A stretch of 37,041 nt of DNA from Jimgerdemannia flammicorona (Eukaryota). Both the position numbers and the translations under genes were made by a program. Below are positions 10,856 through 21,147 of this stretch, one piece after another. Where the stretch lies: positions 1 through 37,041 of the forward strand of contig RBNJ01000198.1 of the NCBI GenBank assembly GCA_003990765.1. The letters run 5' to 3'. The notes beneath the pieces are model-generated. The model ran no database searches. It was not told the origin of the DNA and worked only from the letters and a program-made list of their open reading frames with translations. Each line of letters opens with the position of its first letter. Position 1 is the stretch's first letter.

Positions 10856-12322
10856 ATGTCTAATCAGCCTAGCAGCGGTTTCAGCCTGAAGGATGATATC
10901 GCCGTCGTCTGGACCAACGCCGCCTTCCACGACGTGACCATCGTCTGCACGGATGACGTCAAGCTCGGTGCCTGCCGTGCTGTCCTCGCCGCGCGGTCCG
11001 ACATTTTTATGGCAATGTTTCTTGGAGGCAAGCGCGAGTCCGCCTCGAAGGAGATCGCTTTGCATGACATCGATTCGGAGGCCATGAAAATAGTCCTTGA
11101 GTACATCCACACAGAGGCGATCATTTCGGCTGCTCCCTTGATGGCGCTCGAGGTGTATCGCGCGGCGAGCCTCCTCCTACTTCCAAGGCTCGTGGATATG
11201 GCACTGGAGCTGGCGAACGAAGTCGAAGTCAAAGTAGCCGTGCCGCTCCTCAACAAAGCCATTGCGTCTGTACCCCACAGCAAAACCAGTGGAGAACTTT
11301 ATGACGTACTTTTCAAATCTTTTTGCAAGCATCGCCTCGAGATAGGCGATCTCAATGACCTTACCGACGAAGCTTTGGAGCTAATACTCACACGACCCGC
11401 GACAGTCTTCAACACATCCGAGTATGACCTGCTGCTTTGCGTCGTCGAATGGGCATGGGCTCGTAACCGGGACACCCCATCTATAACCGAACGTCGCGCG
11501 GTCTTCGACAACCTGGGAGACTTATCAGCCTTCGACGTCAAAATTGCCATAGGGGATGGCCCCTCGCGCGCGGCCTTGGTGAAAATGTTACAGCATATTA
11601 ATTTAACCCTCATATGCCCTCACCGCTTGAAGCATCTCAACGGGGCCATTGACGCGCTCACCGACAATTCACCCCACTACAGCTCGGCCCTTTATCATGC
11701 CTGCATGAACACCAAATGTCCTTCTGGGCACCCGTCGAAGAACCGCGATTATTCTAAATGGTGTCCCCAATGGGACCGATCCAAATTGGTGTCCGGCCTC
11801 GTTGTTTCGGAGGACGGTACGGTCGTGAGTTTTCCCAGAACAATTTTTGGGTCGCTAAAGCTGACGGTGCTGAAGGGGCTGGCGAGGCCGACGGGGCCGA
11901 CGGGGTTGGCGGCGCGAGCCTCCAGCGTTTGCCTCGCGGATGCCAATGGACTCTGCGAGTGGGATGTCGTCGTCGAATCGATCGACGAGTATGGGTTCAT
12001 CGAAGTGGGATTGGTCAATGAATCGTTCAATACGTTCGAACGAGCCATGTCGAATGGATTGGCCGCAACGGCGTGGGGTTTCGAAGCTACGATTAAGGGG
12101 GGAAACATCATTCTGCCACCGATGAACAAGAGCACTGGCTATGGCACCGGCGTTGTTAATGGCGACGTCATAACGTTCCATTTGGACATGAAAATGCATA
12201 ATTGCTCACTGTCAATCAACGGAAGGAACTATGGTGTCATCTGGGATAATCTTCCAGGTGTTGTATATCCTGCTGTATCGTTGTTTGTCGGAAATAGATA
12301 CCGATTTAAATCTCGAACATAA
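10856..12322 (+). CDS. BTB/POZ-BACK-like-SPRY/B30.2 protein (488 aa)
   Basis: Start set at the conserved MSNQP ATG (aaccATG context). Same domain motifs, with an expanded loop before ARASS. Confidence 0.92.
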   Translation: MSNQPSSGFSLKDDIAVVWTNAAFHDVTIVCTDDVKLGACRAVLAARSDIFMAMFLGGKRESASKEIALHDIDSEAMKIVLEYIHTEAIISAAPLMALEVYRAASLLLLPRLVDMALELANEVEVKVAVPLLNKAIASVPHSKTSGELYDVLFKSFCKHRLEIGDLNDLTDEALELILTRPATVFNTSEYDLLLCVVEWAWARNRDTPSITERRAVFDNLGDLSAFDVKIAIGDGPSRAALVKMLQHINLTLICPHRLKHLNGAIDALTDNSPHYSSALYHACMNTKCPSGHPSKNRDYSKWCPQWDRSKLVSGLVVSEDGTVVSFPRTIFGSLKLTVLKGLARPTGPTGLAARASSVCLADANGLCEWDVVVESIDEYGFIEVGLVNESFNTFERAMSNGLAATAWGFEATIKGGNIILPPMNKSTGYGTGVVNGDVITFHLDMKMHNCSLSINGRNYGVIWDNLPGVVYPAVSLFVGNRYRFKSRT

Positions 12323-13099
12323 ATATTCTATACGAAATTTGTATTGTTTCTTTTCTACCCCATTGCTCATTGATACTAAGTTAAGATATTATACCTTGCT
12401 TATATACTCATTGTGAAAATTTGTAAACATCACAAATTATATTCTTCACTCTACAAATCTTGACAATGGTACATTTTCGGTGCAACGTGATATATGTCGA
12501 TCTCCGTACTCGCGCAGCGTATAAGATAATTCCATCAATTCAGATGTTTCGCTGTATAAAAATATCGAATCCTATTCACTACACCCACCCTCCAACATTC
12601 GTTCGAAATGCAACGCGCGGCGCTGTACCTATGTGAGTAAGCCATATCAGTTGCTTGATTTAAAGAGTGTGGATAAGTATAATCCTGTGGAGACGATTGA
12701 CGTCAGATCAAATGCAAATGTAAACGGTACGGTTTTGCTAGGGTAGCTGAGAGGCGTCAGATGGTTGCCATACTTTTTTTTAAAGAAGTTGAATGAAAGT
12801 ATCATTGACTAGATATTTCATACAACAATCACAAAGGCACTGAACGGGTAAAGATACCGAATATGTGCGTTATTCAGAAATAAAATGAACCAACAATCGC
12901 ATGAATATAATTCGGCAAAACTTGTGGATTTCAAAATACTCCTGCGAACGTGATCAGACCAAACAGCTATTGGCCTTTAGGTTAACAGCATAAATTACGT
13001 AGTGCTAGGCTTTGGCCAAAGTGCATTGGCGTGTGTGAAGCACGATTTTTCGTAAAATCGTTAGGGTACGATATAAATGGGTTCTCTAGACATCTCAAT

Positions 13100-13740
13100 T
13101 TTCAAGTAACCCGACGAAAGTGCCTGAAAGAATATTATATGCAGATTCCAATGATCTTCAGAAAATGGACCAGAGTATAAACCTCACCAACCTCCGAGAA
13201 ATACAACGCAAACCCTCTTTTCTGATATCCATCATCTTGAGATCTTCCTCGCCGTCATTCTACTGGGCTTCGACATTGACATTATCCTGATTATCTTCAC
13301 CATCTTCGCCACACAATTCAACATCATCCTCTTCCGTTCCCGCGGCAACACCTCTAGCGACACAAATATATGTGCCCTCAACACCTCGGCGGCGACCCTT
13401 TCTCCACATCCTCTTCCGTTCCCGCGGCAACACCTCCAGCGACACAAATATATGTGCCCTCAACACCACGGCAACGACCCTTTTCTCCACATCCTCACTC
13501 GCAGGTGGCAATCTAAACCATCTCAAACCTACCACACCATCATCACAAACTTTATCCATACCCCGCAGGCTGTACCACACCCACTGCAACACTTTCATCA
13601 GTCGAATGTATGCTTGATGGTCTCATAATATTTCAAAGTGGGAGTTGAAAATGTCACACTCTCCCAACAGCCCTTATCCATTCAAAGGGAAACGTTGGGT
13701 ACTTTTCGGTACTTCTTTTTACGGAGCCAGCCACCTTCGC
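13100..13740 (-). pseudogene. Decayed divergent ORF relic with acidic segment (one of seven copies); boundaries approximate
   Basis: Minus-strand pieces EEDDVELCGEDGEDNQDNVNVE, EEDLKMMDIRKEG and EVGEVYTLVHFLKI. Homologous to ~1825-2217, 4670-5143, 9880-10334, 17000-17540, 20155-20705 and 23410-23920. Confidence 0.5.
13325..13496. repeat. Local ~82-bp tandem duplication
   Basis: catcctcttccgttcccgcggcaacacct...gacccttt occurs twice, bounded by the microhomology CATCCTC. Confidence 0.9.
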
Positions 13741-14093
13741 GGCGTTATAATCTGGCATCGGATCTTACGAATTAAATGAACCTTTGGCCGCTTTCCTGCT
13801 GCAGTTCACAACTATTAATGGTTAATTATTGTGAGTAGAAAAATAATTATCTTGGGCAATGCACTGGATCAAACGGGGCGACATAAACGGGAGGTCCTCC
13901 TATCGGCCAGATAACGTGACGCTACCTAATTACATGAGTAAACCTAGTTTGTCTTTATAGGCTTCTAGGACAAGTGAAAAAAGTGCATGTGTGACCACCA
14001 GACAGTCTTCCGCTCGCGTTCGAATTAAGCAGGGAACACGCATTATGAAACTAACGTATATATATTATCTTATAATTTCGCAGTGACCTTGTC

Positions 14094-14637
14094 CAGGGGT
14101 ACAGTGGCGAGAGGTATTCTAAAAATTACTTCATACTTTGTTTTAAGATTATTTTTCTATAAATCTACGATTTCATTTTTCAAATTGAATGTTAGGATGT
14201 TGAGTTTTAGTTATTTAAAGTTATATATGCGGAGGAAAATTGAAAAATAAGGAAAAACAATCACTATATAGTGAATATTCAACAAAACTAAGCTTGCTGG
14301 ATTCGCCTGATTAAGGGAGGAAATTGACAAAACCTGTATTGTCGGAAAGCCCTTAATCAGGCGAATCCAGCAAGCTTAGTTGAATTTGGATAAATTTTCA
14401 TCCGACCCGTTCACGGATACATAATAGTCACAACAACTCAAATTGAAATATGAGGAAAGGCAGTCACGATTGGTTGGCAACAATGATGTCACCCAAATTG
14501 GTGATTTTAATAATTCGGATATCAAAATTTATTTAGACTTTATTCTAATTATTTATTAGGCCTTATTCTAATCTCCAAGTGACTGCTCCTTAAAATGGAA
14601 ATAAATATCACGTGATGTCGGGACTACGCCACTATCT
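14094..14637. mobile_element. MITE-like (possibly hAT-like) insertion ending ~36 bp upstream of the ATG
   Basis: Absent at the equivalent site of the 21148 unit (gtgactttgtc...ttctctgtcagtcaccc). Ends CAGTGGCGAG (14102) and CTACGCCACTA (~14634) form an imperfect TIR. No 8-bp TSD seen. Confidence 0.55.
14286..14381. repeat. Perfect 32-bp inverted repeat with 32-nt loop
   Basis: AACTAAGCTTGCTGGATTCGCCTGATTAAGGG (14286-14317) and its exact reverse complement (14350-14381). Confidence 0.97.
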
Positions 14638-14673
14638 TTCTCCGTCAGTCACCCTTGATACACACAAACAACC

Positions 14674-16107
14674 ATGTCCAACCAACCTAGAAGCGGTTTC
14701 AGCCTAAAGGACGATATCGCCGTCGTCTGGACCAACCCCACCTTCCACGACGTGACCATCGTCTGCGCGGACGGTGTTAAGCTTGGCGCCTGTCGTGCTG
14801 TCCTCGCGGCGCGGTCTGATTTCTTTATGGCAATGTTTTTTGGAGGCATGCACGAGTCCGCCTCGAAGGAGATCGCTCTGCGTGATATCGATTCGGAGGC
14901 CATGAAAATTGTACTTGAGTACATACACACAGAGGCTATCGGTTCGGCTGCTCTCTTGAGCGCGCTCGACGTGTATCGTGCGGCGAGTTTCCTTCTACTT
15001 CCCAAACTCGTGGATATGGCACTGGAGCTGGCCAAAGAAGTTGAAGTCAAAGTAGCCGTGCCGCTGCTCAACAAAGCCATTGCGCTCGTACCCTATAGCG
15101 AAGCTAGTAAAGAACTTTATGAAATACTTTTCAAATCTTTCTGCAATCATCGCCTCGAGATAGGCGATCTCAATGACCTTACCGACGAAGCTCTGGAGCT
15201 AATACTCACACGACCCAAGGCGACAGTCTTCAATACACCCGAGTATGACTTGCTGCTTTGTGTCGTCGAATGGGCATGGGATCGTAGCGGGAACGCCCCA
15301 TCTATAACCGAACGTCACGCGGTCTTCGACATCCTAAGCGACTTATCGAACTTCGACATCAAAATTGTCATAGGGAATGACGCGACCTTGGTGAAAATTT
15401 TGCAGCATATTGATTTCACGCTCATATGCCCTCACCGCTTGAAATATCTCAACGGGGTCATTGACGCGCTCACCGACAATTCACCCCACTACAACTCGGC
15501 CCTTTATTATGCCTGCATGGACACTAAATGTTCTTCTGGCCACCCATCAAAGTGCCGCGGTTATTCTAAATGGTGTCTCCAATGGGACCGATCCAAATTG
15601 GCGCCCGACATCGTTGTTTCGGAGGATGGTACTGTCGTAAGTTTGCCCAAAACGATCTCGGGGTCGTCATCTGAGGATGTGTTGGTGGCCCGGACGGCGC
15701 GAGCCTCCAGCGTATGCCTCGCGGATGCTAGTGGACTCTGTGAGTGGGATGTTGTCGTTGAATCGTTCGGCTGGCGCGGGATCCAAGTGGGATTGGTCAA
15801 TGAATCGTTCGATATGTTTGGAGGAGCCATGTTTAATGGAATGGCCGCAACGGTGTGGATTTTCCGAGCCGATATCAAAAACGGAAGCATCATTCTGCCA
15901 TTGATGCCGCACAGCTCTGTCCCCTATGGCACCAGCGTTGGCATTGGCGACGTCATAACGTTCCATTTGGACATGAAAATGCACAATTGCTCACTGTCAA
16001 TCAACGGAAAAAAGTATGGTGTCATCTGGGATAATCTTCCATCTGTTGTCTATCCTGCTGTATCGTTGTTTCCTGAAACTAAATACCGATTTAGACCTCA
16101 TACTTAA
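14674..16107 (+). CDS. BTB/POZ-BACK-like-SPRY/B30.2 protein (477 aa)
   Basis: Intact intronless ORF with BTB and SPRY motifs as in the paralogs. Confidence 0.93.
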   Translation: MSNQPRSGFSLKDDIAVVWTNPTFHDVTIVCADGVKLGACRAVLAARSDFFMAMFFGGMHESASKEIALRDIDSEAMKIVLEYIHTEAIGSAALLSALDVYRAASFLLLPKLVDMALELAKEVEVKVAVPLLNKAIALVPYSEASKELYEILFKSFCNHRLEIGDLNDLTDEALELILTRPKATVFNTPEYDLLLCVVEWAWDRSGNAPSITERHAVFDILSDLSNFDIKIVIGNDATLVKILQHIDFTLICPHRLKYLNGVIDALTDNSPHYNSALYYACMDTKCSSGHPSKCRGYSKWCLQWDRSKLAPDIVVSEDGTVVSLPKTISGSSSEDVLVARTARASSVCLADASGLCEWDVVVESFGWRGIQVGLVNESFDMFGGAMFNGMAATVWIFRADIKNGSIILPLMPHSSVPYGTSVGIGDVITFHLDMKMHNCSLSINGKKYGVIWDNLPSVVYPAVSLFPETKYRFRPHT

Positions 16108-17870
16108 ATATTCTACACAAATTTATATCATTTCTTTTCTACATCTCCGCTCCCAGTCTCCCACTGATACATGATTAAGATATTGCTATACCTTTCTTAT
16201 ATACTCATTATAAAATTGTAAACATCACAAATTATATTCTCCACTTTACAATAGTACATTTTCGGCGTAAAATGACATATCTCGATCTCCATACTCGCAC
16301 AGCGTACAAGAGAATTTTATCGATTCAGATATTTCACTGAATAAAAAATACTACACCCTCCAACATTGTTCGAAATGCGCTGTACTTATGGGAGTAAGCT
16401 ATATCAGTTGCTTGGTTTATAAGAGTGCAGATCAGTATAATACTATGGAGACGATTGACGTTGGATCGAATGCAAATGTAAACGGTATGGTTTTGTCATG
16501 GGAACTCGGGTAGCTGAGAGGCGTCAGATGGTTGTCATACTTTTTTTCGGTGAAAGTATCTACCATTGACCAGATATTTCATATAACGGTCACCAAGGCA
16601 CTGAACGGGCAAAGGTACGAATATGTGCATAGCAATAGGGACCATTAGCCATCATTAATCCGAAATCCTTGTATGTCATTTATAAACAAAAATGAACCCA
16701 AGGCGTTCTGGAAAACTTGCGGATTTCAAAATACTCCGAGGTGCCCGATAATTGCGAACGTGATCAGATCAATATATTTTCTGTTTCATTGTACATAAAC
16801 CTTGGTGGAGAGCGCCCATGTTTTTAAATAGCTATTGACATTTAGGTAACATAAGATATTTAGTACTAGGCTTTGGCCAAAGTGCATTGGCGTGCGTGAA
16901 GCACGATTTCTCGTACAATCGTTAGGTACGATGATGTAAATCGGCGCTTCGGCGTGATAGTCCCATTGCTCTAACAATTTTAGATATCTCAGTTTTTAAA
17001 GTAACCCGACGGAGGTGTCTGAAAGAATATTATGTGTAGATTTCGATGATCTTCCAGAGTATAAACTTCGCAAACCTCTGACAAATACAACACAAACCTC
17101 CTTTTCTGACATCCATCAACTCTAGATCTTCCTCGCCGTCATTCTCCTTGCCTTTGCTATTGACATTATCCTGATTACCTTCGCCATACTTGCCATCCTA
17201 TTCAACATCATCCTCTGCCATTCCCACGGCAACACCTCTACCAACACAAATACGTATGTTTTCAACATCTCGGCGACGACCCCTTTCTCCACACTCTCAC
17301 TTGCAGGCGGCAATCAAAGTCACCTCAACCCTGCGCGTCCCTCCCAACCGTTATCACAAACTTTTCCATACCCCGCAGGCTGAATCTCCATACCCACTGC
17401 AACACTTTCGTCAATAAAATGTATAGTTGATGGTCTCATAATATTTCAAAACGGGGAAGTACACGAAAACCTGCACCACACTCTCCCAAGAACCCTTGGT
17501 ACTTTTGGGGTACTTTTTTTTAAGGAGCCAACCACCTTTATGGCGTTATAATCTGGCTTTGAATTCACATTGGAGCTTACGAATTAAATGAATCCTTGGC
17601 CGCTTTCCTAATCCTACAGCCCACAACTATTCATAATTAAAATTGTGAGTAGAAATAAAAATAATGATCATGGATCAAATAGAGTGATGTGGATGGGGCC
17701 CAGAAGTTGCGGCCCTCTATGACATGACGCTGCTTATATGCGTAAAGCTGGTTTACCTTCATAGACTTCTAAAAGAGTGTAGGTATGACCATGCGATTTG
17801 TCCAATTTATCGCCGTGACGTTATTCACTTCTCCCTCAGCCACCTCCTTGATACACAAAATAACACAACC

Positions 17871-19292
17871 ATGTCCAATCAGCACAGAAGTGGTTTCAGC
17901 CTGAAGGACGATATTGCCGTCGTCTGGACCAACCCAGCCTTCCATGACGTGACCATCGTCTGCGTAGACGGTGTTAAGCTTGGCGCCTGCCGTGCTGTCC
18001 TCGCGGCGCGGTCTGACTTCTTTATGGCAATGTTTTTTGGAGGCATGCATGAGTCCACCTCTAAGGAGATCGCTCTGCGTGACATCAGTTCGGAGGCCAT
18101 GAAGATTGTCCTTGAGTACATCCACACAGAGGCGATCGTTTCGGCTGATCCTTTGATGGCGCTCGACGTGTATTGTGCGGCGAGCTTCCTCTTGCTTCCC
18201 AAACTCGTGGACATGGCATTGGAGCTGGCCAAAGAAGTCGAAGTCAAAATAGCCGTGCCGCTGCTCAACAAAGCCATTGCGTCCGTACCCTACAGCGAAA
18301 CCAGTAAAGAACTTTATGACATACTTTTCAAATCTTTTTGCAATCATCGTCTCGAGATAGGAGATCTCAATGAGCTTACCGGCGAAGCTCTGGAGCTAAT
18401 ACTCACACGACCCAAGGCGACAGCCTTCAATACACCCGAGTATGACTTGCTGCTTTGCGTCGTCGAATGGGCATGGGATCGTAACGGAGACGCCCCATCT
18501 ATAAGCGAACGTCACGCGGTCTTACACATTCTGGGCGACTTATCGGACTTCGATATCAAAATTGTCATAGGGAATGGCCCCTCACGCGCGGCCTTGGTGA
18601 AAATGTTGCAGCATATTAATTTAACCCTCATATGCCCCCATCGCTTGAAGTATCTCAACGGAGCCATTGACGTGCTCACCGACAATTCGCCCCACTACAA
18701 CTCGGCCCTTTATCATGCCTGCAGGAACATCAGATGTTCTTCTGGCCACCCATCAAAGTTTCGCGGTTATTCTAAATGGTGTCCCCAATGGGACCGATCG
18801 AAATTGACGTCCGGCCTCGTTGTTTCGGAGGACGATACGGTCGTAGGGTTCTTCAGTTTTACTCTTTGTGAGTCGCGGACTGCGCGAGCCTCCAGCGTAT
18901 GCCTCGCGGATGCTAATGGGCTCTGCGAGTGGGATGTCGTCATTGAATCGTGCCGCTGGCGCGGGATCGAAGTGGGATTGGTCAATAAATCGTTCAATAC
19001 ATTTGGACGGGCCATGTCTGATGGATTGGCCGCAACGGCGTGGGCTTTCCGAGCTAAGATCGGGGGAGGGGAAATTATTCTATCACCGATGCAACAGAGC
19101 GCTAGCCCCTATGGCACCGGCGTTGGCAATGGCGACGTCATAACCTTCCATTTGGACATGAAAATGCACAATTGCTCACTGTCAATTAACGGAAGGAACT
19201 ATGGTGTCATTTGGGAGAATCTTCCAGATGTTGTATATCCTGCTGTATCATTGACTGCCGGAAATAGATACCGATTTAGACCTCGAATTTAA
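17871..19292 (+). CDS. BTB/POZ-BACK-like-SPRY/B30.2 protein (473 aa)
   Basis: Start at the conserved MSNQ ATG. Intact BTB and SPRY motifs. Confidence 0.92.
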   Translation: MSNQHRSGFSLKDDIAVVWTNPAFHDVTIVCVDGVKLGACRAVLAARSDFFMAMFFGGMHESTSKEIALRDISSEAMKIVLEYIHTEAIVSADPLMALDVYCAASFLLLPKLVDMALELAKEVEVKIAVPLLNKAIASVPYSETSKELYDILFKSFCNHRLEIGDLNELTGEALELILTRPKATAFNTPEYDLLLCVVEWAWDRNGDAPSISERHAVLHILGDLSDFDIKIVIGNGPSRAALVKMLQHINLTLICPHRLKYLNGAIDVLTDNSPHYNSALYHACRNIRCSSGHPSKFRGYSKWCPQWDRSKLTSGLVVSEDDTVVGFFSFTLCESRTARASSVCLADANGLCEWDVVIESCRWRGIEVGLVNKSFNTFGRAMSDGLAATAWAFRAKIGGGEIILSPMQQSASPYGTGVGNGDVITFHLDMKMHNCSLSINGRNYGVIWENLPDVVYPAVSLTAGNRYRFRPRI

Positions 19293-20154
19293 GTTTTCTA
19301 TTTACAAATTTGAATTGTTTCTTTTCTACCTCATCGCTCCCAATTTCCCACTGATACCTGGTTAAGATATTGCCATACCTTACTTACATACTCTTTATAA
19401 AAATATGTAAACATCAAATGCTATATTCTCCTTCTACAAATCTTTACAATGGTACATTTTTCTTCCACGCAGCATGACGTATCTCAATCTCCATGCTCGC
19501 GCGGCGTACAAGGGAATTTCATCGATTCAGATATTTTGCTGTTTAGAATTTCAAGTTACATCCTCCTGCTACGAGTCGACGTAAATGATTGGCACACGTC
19601 CGAATTATAAATTCCGTGAGCTAAACGATTACTACAACCTCCAACATTCGTTCGAAATGCAACACGCGGCCTGTACCTACGGAAGTAAGCCATACCATTT
19701 GCTTAGTTTATAGAGTGTGGATCAGTGGAGGCGATTGACGTCGGATCAAATGCAAATGTAAACGGGATGGTTTTTGCCAAGGAATTTGGGTTGCTGAGAG
19801 GCACCAGATAGTTGCCGTACTTTTTATCAGTAAAAGTATCTATTTCATATAACGGCAAAGATACCGAATATGTGCATAGCAATAGGGACCATTAGCCATC
19901 ATTAATCGGAGCTTTTTGTACATTATTCAGATACAAAAACGAACCAACTCTCACACGGATAACAACGTCCGAGGCCGCCGATAATTGCACCGTTTACGCG
20001 AACGTGATCAGACCAATATGTTTCTGTTGCATTGTTCATTAATCAGATGGAGGACGCCAAAGTGCATTGATGTGCGTGAAGCACGATTTCTCGTACAATC
20101 GTTAGGGTACAATCGGCGCTTCGGTGTGGTAGTCCCATTGCTCTTGATCTCAGT

Positions 20155-20705
20155 TTTTTAAATAACCCGACGGAAGTGCCTGAAAGAATATTTTGTGCTG
20201 ACTTTGATGATCATCGAAAAATGGACCCCCTTTTCTGATATCCATCGTCTAGAACTCCTCCTCGCCATCGTCCTCCTAGACTTCGCTATTGTTATTATCC
20301 TGATTATCCTCGTCACCCCTGTTATCCTCGCCAACATCTTCATTCTTTTCCACTTCGTTAAAGTCATCTTCCTCCGCTCCACCGACACAAACCCGTGTGC
20401 CCTCAATATTTCGGCGACGACCCTTTTCTCCATCCCCACTCGCAAGCGGCAATATAAACAATCTCAATTCTGCGCGTCGCAACTCCCCCCATCATTGCAA
20501 GTTTCGCCCGCACCCCGCAGGTTGAGCCTCCGCACCCATGGCGACATTCTCATCAATCAAATGTATACTTGATGGTTTCATAATATTTCAAAGTGGGGGA
20601 AACTCCAAAGGTTGAAAATTTCACTCACCCCCAAGAACCCTTATCTGTTCAAAGGGAAACATTAGGTGTTTTTCGATACTTTTTTTACGGAGCCAACCAC
20701 CTTCA
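20155..20705 (-). pseudogene. Decayed divergent ORF relic with acidic segment; boundaries approximate
   Basis: Minus-strand GGAEEDDFNEVEKNEDVGEDNRGDEDNQDNNNSEV*EDDGEEE; homologous to the other units. Confidence 0.5.
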
Positions 20706-21147
20706 AGGCGTTATAATCTGGCTACGAATTGGCATTGGAACTTACGAATTAAATGGACCTCTGGCAGCTTTCTTACTGCTACAGTCCACAACTATTCGTG
20801 ATTAAAAATTGTGGGAAGAAAATAATTATCTTGGGCAATGTACTGAATCAAACGGAGCGACATAAACGGGGGGTCTCCTATCGGCCCGATAACATGACGC
20901 TGCCTAATTACATGAGTAAACCTAGTTTGCCTTCATAGGCTTCCAGGACAAGTGAAAAAAGTGTATATATGACCACCAGACAGACCCCCCGCTCGCGTTC
21001 GGATTAAGAAAGGAACACTCATTATGAAATTAGCGTATATTATCCGAGTCTTTGAGCCAAATCGTATAGGTGACTGAAATTTCGAAGTGACTTTGTCGAT
21101 ATATTTTAGATGTTCTCTGTCAGTCACCCTGATACACACAAACAACC

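Noticed and set aside
17724..17870. N-terminal extensions of the ORFs at 17724 and 10805
   Set aside because: Not conserved. All paralogs start at aaccATGTC (MSNQ), and the 10805 start is a GTG.
20195..20572. Plus-strand small membrane protein ORFs (also 4613-5038, 23543-23902)
   Set aside because: Ile/Leu/Val/Phe richness is what the reverse complement of D/E/N codons gives, and the frames are not conserved between units.
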